In this document: one piece after another, positions 58,423-64,000 of the stretch | Position numbering within the stretch: the stretch's first letter is position 1 | Layout: every line of letters starts with the position of its first letter | Source: an uncultured Gammaproteobacteria bacterium | GTDB lineage: Bacteria > Patescibacteriota > Microgenomatia > Levybacterales > UBA12049 | NCBI GenBank assembly: GCA_964610465.1 | Contig: CAZSWA010000001.1 | Location: forward strand, 15,023-79,022 | Direction: 5' to 3' | Length of the DNA: 64,000 nt | Made by a program: the position numbers and the translations under genes | Notes under the pieces: generated by a model | Told to the model about the DNA's origin: nothing | Seen by the model: the letters and a program-made list of their open reading frames with translations, nothing else | Databases searched by the model: none

Positions 58423-59181
58423 ATGAAAGCATTAAAAACTATTAAGAAAAAACAATCAGGGAGAGACTCGCAAGGTCATGTAGCAGTTCGTCATCAAGGC
58501 GGACAGCACAAGCGATATTTGCGCACCATTGACTTTAAGCGGGATAAATTTAATGTGGTTGGAAGAGTAGTTGCAATAGAATATGACCCAAATAGAACTT
58601 GTGATATTGCACTTGTTCAATATGGAGATGGTGAAAAACGCTATATTTTAACTCCTGAGGGACTTAAAACAGGAGATACAGTGATTGCAGGAGTACATGT
58701 AGAAATAAAAACAGGGAATGCATTGCCGCTTTCTGAAATTCCTGTTGGAACAGTCGTACATAATGTTGAGCTTACTCCAGGAAGAGGCGGACAATTAGCC
58801 AGAGGTGCCGGTGCATCAGTTATTGTATCTGCGAAAGAAGAGGGATACGTCCATGTCAAACTTCCTTCAGGCGAACTTCGCAAAATCAAGGCTGAAGGTC
58901 TGGCAACTATTGGTCAGGTTGGCAATATTGAATGGGAAAATGAAGTTATTGGCAAGGCAGGACGAGCACGACATATGGGAATCCGGCCAACTGTAAGAGG
59001 AGTAGCCCAAAATCCTCGTTCCCATCCTCATGGTGGAGGAGAAGGACGTTCAGGTATAGGTATGCCTTCCCCTAAAACATTTGCAGGACGAAAAGCGGTT
59101 GGAAAAACAAGAAAAAAGAATAAATATTCAAATCAATATATTTTACAAAGGAGAAAGACAGCTAGTACAGCTAGCAAGTAA
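58423..59181 (+). CDS. rplB: 50S ribosomal protein L2
   Basis: 252 aa, GRNxxGxITxRHxGGGHK-like N-part and [10 protein letters not shown]. Confidence 0.95.
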   Translation: MKALKTIKKKQSGRDSQGHVAVRHQGGQHKRYLRTIDFKRDKFNVVGRVVAIEYDPNRTCDIALVQYGDGEKRYILTPEGLKTGDTVIAGVHVEIKTGNALPLSEIPVGTVVHNVELTPGRGGQLARGAGASVIVSAKEEGYVHVKLPSGELRKIKAEGLATIGQVGNIEWENEVIGKAGRARHMGIRPTVRGVAQNPRSHPHGGGEGRSGIGMPSPKTFAGRKAVGKTRKKNKYSNQYILQRRKTASTASK

Positions 59182-59186
59182 ACTAT

Positions 59187-59471
59187 ATGGGAAGATCAAG
59201 TAAAAAAGGACCATACATAGATAGTAATTTACTCAAAAAAGTACTAAAACAAAAAGAAACAGGTGATAAGGCTGCTATTAAAACTTGGGCACGAGCATCA
59301 CAAATTCCGCCAGAGTTTGTGGGTCATTCATTGTCTATTCATAACGGAAAAAATTTTATTACCATATTTATTATGGAAACAATGGTAGGTCATAGACTTG
59401 GTGAATTTGCGCCAACGCGTACCTTTAGAGGCCATGGAAGAGTGGTTGCAAGAGAGATTTCAAAGACATAA
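59187..59471 (+). CDS. rpsS: 30S ribosomal protein S19
   Basis: 94 aa, HNGKNF...[18 protein letters not shown]. Confidence 0.95.
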   Translation: MGRSSKKGPYIDSNLLKKVLKQKETGDKAAIKTWARASQIPPEFVGHSLSIHNGKNFITIFIMETMVGHRLGEFAPTRTFRGHGRVVAREISKT

Positions 59472-59480
59472 GGAGCAATT

Positions 59481-59945
59481 ATGGAAGTACAAGCAGTAGC
59501 AAAATCAGTACGAATTAGTCCAAGAAAAGTAAGATTTGTTGCAGATGCAATACGAAGTCAATCAGTTGAAAGAGCGTTAGTATCGTTGCATATGACTCAT
59601 AAAAGAGCAGCAGGCGCAATTGAAAAGACATTGAGAAGTGCTATGGCCAATGCAACCAATAATGCCAAGCTTGATAGAGCTACGCTGGTAATTTCAAAAA
59701 TAGAAGTTACAGAAGGACCGGCATTTAAGAGATACCATCCTTCAACCAGAGGAAGAATTCATCCTTATAAAAGGAGAAGCAGTCATATTCGTATTATTGT
59801 GTCAGGCTCAGAATATGTTGCTGCAACAAAAGCACCTGTCAAAAAAGCAGATGCAGAAGTAAAACCAGAAAAGAAAGAAGTAAGTAAAAAGGCAGAAAAG
59901 CCTTCAATTGCCAAAAAAACAGAAGGAAAAGGAGGTAAAAAATAA
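59481..59945 (+). CDS. rplV: 50S ribosomal protein L22 with Lys-rich C-terminal tail
   Basis: 154 aa, L22 core (RISPRKVR...GPAFKRYHPSTRGR). Confidence 0.9.
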   Translation: MEVQAVAKSVRISPRKVRFVADAIRSQSVERALVSLHMTHKRAAGAIEKTLRSAMANATNNAKLDRATLVISKIEVTEGPAFKRYHPSTRGRIHPYKRRSSHIRIIVSGSEYVAATKAPVKKADAEVKPEKKEVSKKAEKPSIAKKTEGKGGKK

Positions 59946-60607
59946 TGGGTCAGAAGGTAAATCCACATGTAATAAGACTTAAAAATGTATTTAACTGGAA
60001 CAGCCGTTGGTTTGATGAGAGAAATTATAAACAAGTTGTTCTTGAAGATTATCTTTTGCGTAAAAAACTTATGGAGAGATTAAAGCTTGCAGGAGTTGCT
60101 CAAATTGATATTGAACGATCAATAAACAGTCTTAAAGTAATTGCCTATGTTTCCCGGCCTGGTATTGTAATTGGGCGAGGTGGTACAGGACTTGAAGACT
60201 TGAAGAAGTTTATTAACAAGTTTTTTGCAGAAAGAAAAAATGGAAAACCGATGCCAAAACTGGATATTAAAGTTGAACCTATTAAAGAACCAAATCTTGA
60301 TGCCTATCTTGTCGCGACCAATGTTGCTGATCAGTTAGTAAAGCGTCTGCCTTTTAAGAGAGTACTTACTTCAACTGTTGAAAGAGTTATGGGAGCAGGA
60401 GCACTTGGAGTAAAGATTGGATTATCAGGAAGAGTTGCAGGTTCTGAAATTGGAAGACGGGAAAAAATGCAGGCTGGTACTGTCCCCCTTTCAACAATTA
60501 GAGAGAATATAAGCTATGCACATGTGCCAGCACTTACCAAAAAAGGGTATATTGGTGTGAAGGTGTGGATAAATAGACCTGAAGAAAAAGCCGAAAGGAA
60601 TAAATAA
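59945..60607 (+). CDS. rpsC: 30S ribosomal protein S3
   Basis: 220 aa, [14 protein letters not shown] domain. Confidence 0.95.
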   Translation: MGQKVNPHVIRLKNVFNWNSRWFDERNYKQVVLEDYLLRKKLMERLKLAGVAQIDIERSINSLKVIAYVSRPGIVIGRGGTGLEDLKKFINKFFAERKNGKPMPKLDIKVEPIKEPNLDAYLVATNVADQLVKRLPFKRVLTSTVERVMGAGALGVKIGLSGRVAGSEIGRREKMQAGTVPLSTIRENISYAHVPALTKKGYIGVKVWINRPEEKAERNK

Positions 60608-60608
60608 T

Positions 60609-61022
60609 ATGTTACAGCCAAGAAAACTAAAATATAGAAAACAAATGCGGGACAAAATGAAAGGCAATGACACTAGAGGAATTGCTATTGCCTTTGGAGA
60701 ATATGGACTCAGTACTGAAGAAATGGGTTGGATAACAAGCAGACAGATTGAAGCTGCAAGACGCACCATTACCCATTATACCCAAAGAGGCGGAAGAGTA
60801 TGGATTCGTATTTTCCCTCATAAACCAATCACAAAAAAACCACCAGAGGTAAGAATGGGCGGAGGAAAAGGAGATACATTTGAATATGTAGCAGTTGTCA
60901 AGCCTGGAAGAATATTGTTTGAAATGGGTGGAGTATCAAAAGATGTAGCTCATGAAGCATTACGTCTTGCTGCCTACAAATTGCCTGTCAAAACAAGAAT
61001 AATTTCAAAATCGGAGGTATAA
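60609..61022 (+). CDS. rplP: 50S ribosomal protein L16
   Basis: 137 aa, [12 protein letters not shown]...RMGGGKG. Confidence 0.95.
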   Translation: MLQPRKLKYRKQMRDKMKGNDTRGIAIAFGEYGLSTEEMGWITSRQIEAARRTITHYTQRGGRVWIRIFPHKPITKKPPEVRMGGGKGDTFEYVAVVKPGRILFEMGGVSKDVAHEALRLAAYKLPVKTRIISKSEV

Positions 61023-61035
61023 TAAGAGGATTAAA

Positions 61036-61245
61036 ATGAAGCTGAAAGATAAAAAAGAATTACATACAAAAGAGATTTCAGAATTAGAAAAGTTTATAAG
61101 AGAAGGACAAAGTTTATTATTTTCTTTACGACTTGATCAAAAGCAAAATAAGCTTAAGGATACAAGGTCTTTGTATAATATAAGGAAAAGACTTGCCACT
61201 ATTAAGACAATTCTGAGAGAGAAGGAGGCTTTGAAAAATGGCTAA
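61036..61245 (+). CDS. rpmC: 50S ribosomal protein L29
   Basis: 69 aa helical, position between rplP and rpsQ. Confidence 0.85.
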   Translation: MKLKDKKELHTKEISELEKFIREGQSLLFSLRLDQKQNKLKDTRSLYNIRKRLATIKTILREKEALKNG

Positions 61246-61483
61246 AATATTTGTAGGAACAGTTATATCAGCAAAAATGAAAGATACGGCAGTGGTTGAA
61301 GTATCACGACATATTCCTCATCCATTGTACAAAAAACTTTTAAAAAGAAGTAAAAAATATAAGGTAGATACTAAAGGACAACAAGTAGCAGAAGGAGATA
61401 CAGTAAGGATAATAGAAACCTTACCAATATCAAAAGACAAACATTTTAAAATAGCAAAAGTAGAAAAGGAAGGTAAGAAATGA
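61238..61483 (+). CDS. rpsQ: 30S ribosomal protein S17
   Basis: 81 aa, G.V.S.KM.KT..V.V...HP.Y.K pattern. Confidence 0.9.
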   Translation: MAKIFVGTVISAKMKDTAVVEVSRHIPHPLYKKLLKRSKKYKVDTKGQQVAEGDTVRIIETLPISKDKHFKIAKVEKEGKK

Positions 61484-61854
61484 TACAGTTAAGAACAATT
61501 TTAACAGCAGCTGATAATTCAGGCGCAAAACTTTTATCTGTTATACAGGTTTTTGGTGGCTCCAAAAGAAAATTTGGATATGTTGGTGATGTAGTAAATG
61601 CAGTCGTCAAAGAAGCCGATCCAAACGGACAGGTAAAAGACAGTGAAGTAGTCAAAGCAGTTATTGTAAGGACCAGGAAGGAATTTAGGAGAAGTGATGG
61701 TTCCTACATCAGATTTTCAGATAACGCAGCAGTTGTTATAGATAATGCCAAAGATAAAAATCCAAGAGCTACTCGTATTTTTGGACCTATTGCGCGAGAA
61801 GTAAGAGATAGAGGCTTTGCCAAGATTGCCAGTATGGCAACAGAAGTCGTATAG
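61480..61854 (+). CDS. rplN: 50S ribosomal protein L14
   Basis: 124 aa, [16 protein letters not shown]. Confidence 0.95.
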   Translation: MIQLRTILTAADNSGAKLLSVIQVFGGSKRKFGYVGDVVNAVVKEADPNGQVKDSEVVKAVIVRTRKEFRRSDGSYIRFSDNAAVVIDNAKDKNPRATRIFGPIAREVRDRGFAKIASMATEVV

Positions 61855-61866
61855 ACAGGAGAAAAT

Positions 61867-62175
61867 ATGAAATATAGAAAAGGAGATACAGTCAAAATTA
61901 TTGCAGGAAAAGATGCAGGGAAAAGTGGAAAAATCGAAAAGGTTATGCCACGTATACAAAAAGTATTGGTAGAAGGAGTAAATCAATACAAGAGACACAA
62001 AAAATCCCGCATGCCTGGACAAAAATCTGAAATTATTACCATGATTAAACCTTTGTCAGTTGCTAATGTAGCATTTGTCTGTCCGCATTGCAAAAAACTT
62101 ACAAGAATTGGCTATAACATAGTAGGCAAAGACAAAGTAAGAATATGCAGAAAATGCGAGGCAGTAATTAAATAA
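61867..62175 (+). CDS. rplX: 50S ribosomal protein L24
   Basis: 102 aa, KxGDxVxxIxGKDxGKxGK KOW motif. Confidence 0.9.
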   Translation: MKYRKGDTVKIIAGKDAGKSGKIEKVMPRIQKVLVEGVNQYKRHKKSRMPGQKSEIITMIKPLSVANVAFVCPHCKKLTRIGYNIVGKDKVRICRKCEAVIK

Positions 62176-62177
62176 GT

Positions 62178-62729
62178 ATGGACCAGATATCATTACAAAC
62201 ACAATTTAACAAAGAACTTGGCAGAAATTTACAGGAAAAGCTAGATATAAAAAATTCTATGGCAGTCCCCCATTTGCAAAAAATAGTTGTCAATATGGGC
62301 GTAAAAGATGCAGTTGTTGATAAAAAGAATATTGAGCGAATGATGACTGTAATGGGGCAAATTACCGGGCAAAAACCAAAAGTTGCCAAAGCCAAGAAAG
62401 ATATTGCAAGTTTTAAACTCCGCCAGGGAGATGCCATTGGACTTATTGTCACCTTACGAGGTAAGAGAATGTATGCATTTTTCGAGAGATTAGTAAAAAT
62501 TGTTTTTCCTCGTATTAAAGATTTTCATGGAGTACCAAGAAAAAGTTTTGATGGACATGGAAATTATACTTTAGGACTTCCTGAATACTCAGTATTTCCA
62601 GAAATTGATATCGCAACCGTTGAGAGATTACAAGGACTTGAAATAGTGTTTGTAACTTCGGCACAGAATGATCAAGAAGGACTAGCACTTCTTGAAACAT
62701 TAGGAATGCCGTTTGTAAGAGAAAAATAA
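62178..62729 (+). CDS. rplE: 50S ribosomal protein L5
   Basis: 183 aa, L5 core (NYTLGLPEYSVFPEID). Confidence 0.95.
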   Translation: MDQISLQTQFNKELGRNLQEKLDIKNSMAVPHLQKIVVNMGVKDAVVDKKNIERMMTVMGQITGQKPKVAKAKKDIASFKLRQGDAIGLIVTLRGKRMYAFFERLVKIVFPRIKDFHGVPRKSFDGHGNYTLGLPEYSVFPEIDIATVERLQGLEIVFVTSAQNDQEGLALLETLGMPFVREK

Positions 62730-62768
62730 GGCTAAATATGCTATAATTCGTGCGTAAAGGAAAAAAAT

Positions 62769-62954
62769 ATGGCTAAAACATCAGATATAGTAAAATTTCA
62801 AAAAAAGCAGAAGTTTAAGGTCCGGGCAGTAAACCGTTGTGGTATTTGTGGAAGAAAACGTGCATATATGCGCAGATTTGGTTTATGCAGAATTTGTTTT
62901 AGAGAACGGGCAATGAAAGGAGAACTACCAGGAGTTCTAAAAGCAACCTGGTAA
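62769..62954 (+). CDS. rpsZ: 30S ribosomal protein S14, zinc-binding type Z
   Basis: 61 aa with CGICGRK...CRICFRE zinc ribbon. Confidence 0.9.
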   Translation: MAKTSDIVKFQKKQKFKVRAVNRCGICGRKRAYMRRFGLCRICFRERAMKGELPGVLKATW

Positions 62955-62960
62955 CACTAT

Positions 62961-63350
62961 ATGAATTATCAAATAGGCGATTTTATTATACGACTTAAAA
63001 ATGCAGCAAAGGCGCATAAAAAAGGAGTAGTAGCCGATTATTCCAATATTAACAAAGCAATTGGCAAGGTACTTATAAAAGAAGGCTTCCTTCATGACAT
63101 TAAAGAAGAAACAGTAGAAGGAAAGAAAGTATTACTCGCAACACTTCGATATCAAAAAAGAAAGCCTGTTATTACAGATGTTCGTGTGGTATCAAAACCT
63201 TCTCTCCGCGTATATGAAGGGTCCAAAAACATTTTTAAATATCAAGGACGAGAAACAACGGTAATACTTTCAACCAACAGTGGAATTTTAACTGGAAAAG
63301 AAGCAATAAAGAAAGGGGTCGGCGGAGAGCTTCTTTTTAAGATTTGGTAA
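62961..63350 (+). CDS. rpsH: 30S ribosomal protein S8
   Basis: 129 aa, DxIxRxxNA N-terminus (IGDFIIRLKNA). Confidence 0.9.
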   Translation: MNYQIGDFIIRLKNAAKAHKKGVVADYSNINKAIGKVLIKEGFLHDIKEETVEGKKVLLATLRYQKRKPVITDVRVVSKPSLRVYEGSKNIFKYQGRETTVILSTNSGILTGKEAIKKGVGGELLFKIW

Positions 63351-63373
63351 TTCAGAAAACGAGGAGATATACT

Positions 63374-63928
63374 ATGTCAAAAATCGGAAAAACACCAATT
63401 GAAATAACACAAGGAACAACGGTTGCCATACAAGACAAAACAGTAAAAATAGCAGGTCCTAAGGGAGAGTTTACCTATGGAGTACCAAGTGGTATCGAGG
63501 TAAGATCACAGGACGGAAAACTTATTGTTGAACAAAAAAGTAAAGATGATGAAACAATGAAAGCAATATATGGATTAGTACGGGCTACTCTTGCCAATAT
63601 GGTACACGGGGTAAATAATGGATTTGAAAAAAAACTTGAATTATCAGGAGTTGGATATAGAGCACAAATGCAAGGGAATGATTTAGTCTTATCTCTTGGT
63701 TTCTCTCATCCAGTCAAAATTTCACCAAAAGCAGGTATCAAAATAAATGTTGCAGAAAATGTAATTAACATAACAGGTATTGATAAAGCATTAGTTGGCG
63801 AGACAGCAGCTACTATACGGGCAATCAAACCGCCAGAACCATATAAAGGCAAAGGAATTAAATATGCTGGAGAAAGAATTCGACGCAAAGCTGGGAAAGC
63901 AGCCAAAGCAGTAGGAGGAGCAAAATAA
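63374..63928 (+). CDS. rplF: 50S ribosomal protein L6
   Basis: MSKIGKTPIEI... two-domain L6. Start 8 nt after GAGGAG; ORF-track start 63344 overlaps rpsH. Confidence 0.9.
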   Translation: MSKIGKTPIEITQGTTVAIQDKTVKIAGPKGEFTYGVPSGIEVRSQDGKLIVEQKSKDDETMKAIYGLVRATLANMVHGVNNGFEKKLELSGVGYRAQMQGNDLVLSLGFSHPVKISPKAGIKINVAENVINITGIDKALVGETAATIRAIKPPEPYKGKGIKYAGERIRRKAGKAAKAVGGAK

Positions 63929-64000
63929 TGAACAATCAAAGATTGCAAAGACAATTGAGAACAAGAAGAAAATTACAAAAAGGATCTGATAAAATAAGAT
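63928..64000 (+). CDS. rplR: 50S ribosomal protein L18 (5' partial, runs off window)
   Basis: MNNQRLQRQLRTRRKLQKGSDK... matches L18 N-terminus; ATG overlaps rplF stop. Confidence 0.7.
   Translation, partial: MNNQRLQRQLRTRRKLQKGSDKIR

Noticed and set aside
1-64000. Search for CRISPR arrays, tRNA/rRNA genes, IS elements, integrases, toxin-antitoxin pairs
   Set aside because: No regularly spaced direct repeats, no tRNA-like GTTCGAATC/T-loop signatures, no transposase/integrase-like ORFs seen by eye; the only defence-like gene is the isolated Cas4-like nuclease.

Overview
Low-GC (roughly one-third GC by eye), gene-dense window with short intergenic spacers and many overlapping start/stop codons. 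The gene content and reduced style are consistent with a Patescibacteria/CPR-like bacterium, but that is an inference from the sequence alone. The 3' third (49.7-64 kb) is the conserved translation core: fusA, then four unrelated inserted genes, then tuf-rpsJ-rplCDWB-rpsS-rplV-rpsC-rplP-rpmC-rpsQ-rplNXE-rpsZ-rpsH-rplF-rplR(partial). The rest is accessory. (i) 2.0-7.1 kb holds a membrane-anchored cupredoxin, an OmpR-type response regulator with a frameshifted histidine kinase, and a putative operon of an FMN-binding protein (DIVTGAT flavinylation motif), the ApbE flavin transferase and a membrane-anchored FNR-like NAD(P)H oxidoreductase. Together these look like an extracytosolic, flavin-based electron-transfer module. 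(ii) 36.4-49.6 kb is a long minus-strand gene string running pilN-pilO-small membrane protein-Pro/Thr-rich surface protein-FAD oxidoreductase-two paralogous GT-C (PMT/ArnT-like) glycosyltransferases-SDR epimerase-HAD hydrolase-a third large YYY-motif membrane protein, with an LCP ligase alongside. This is a candidate pilus-associated protein or envelope glycosylation system. (iii) 20.6-27.7 kb is a stress-protein cluster (CsbD, Lmo0937-family, GlsB/YmgE, ECF sigma with a putative anti-sigma) that includes a strongly structured RNA element with three hairpins. (iv) 31.4-32.2 kb carries nickel superoxide dismutase and its maturation peptidase. (v) There is a disrupted solo Cas4-like nuclease and a decayed TasA/camelysin-like gene. 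No rRNA, tRNA or CRISPR arrays were found by eye. All calls are made from the ORF translations and motif recognition without database searches.
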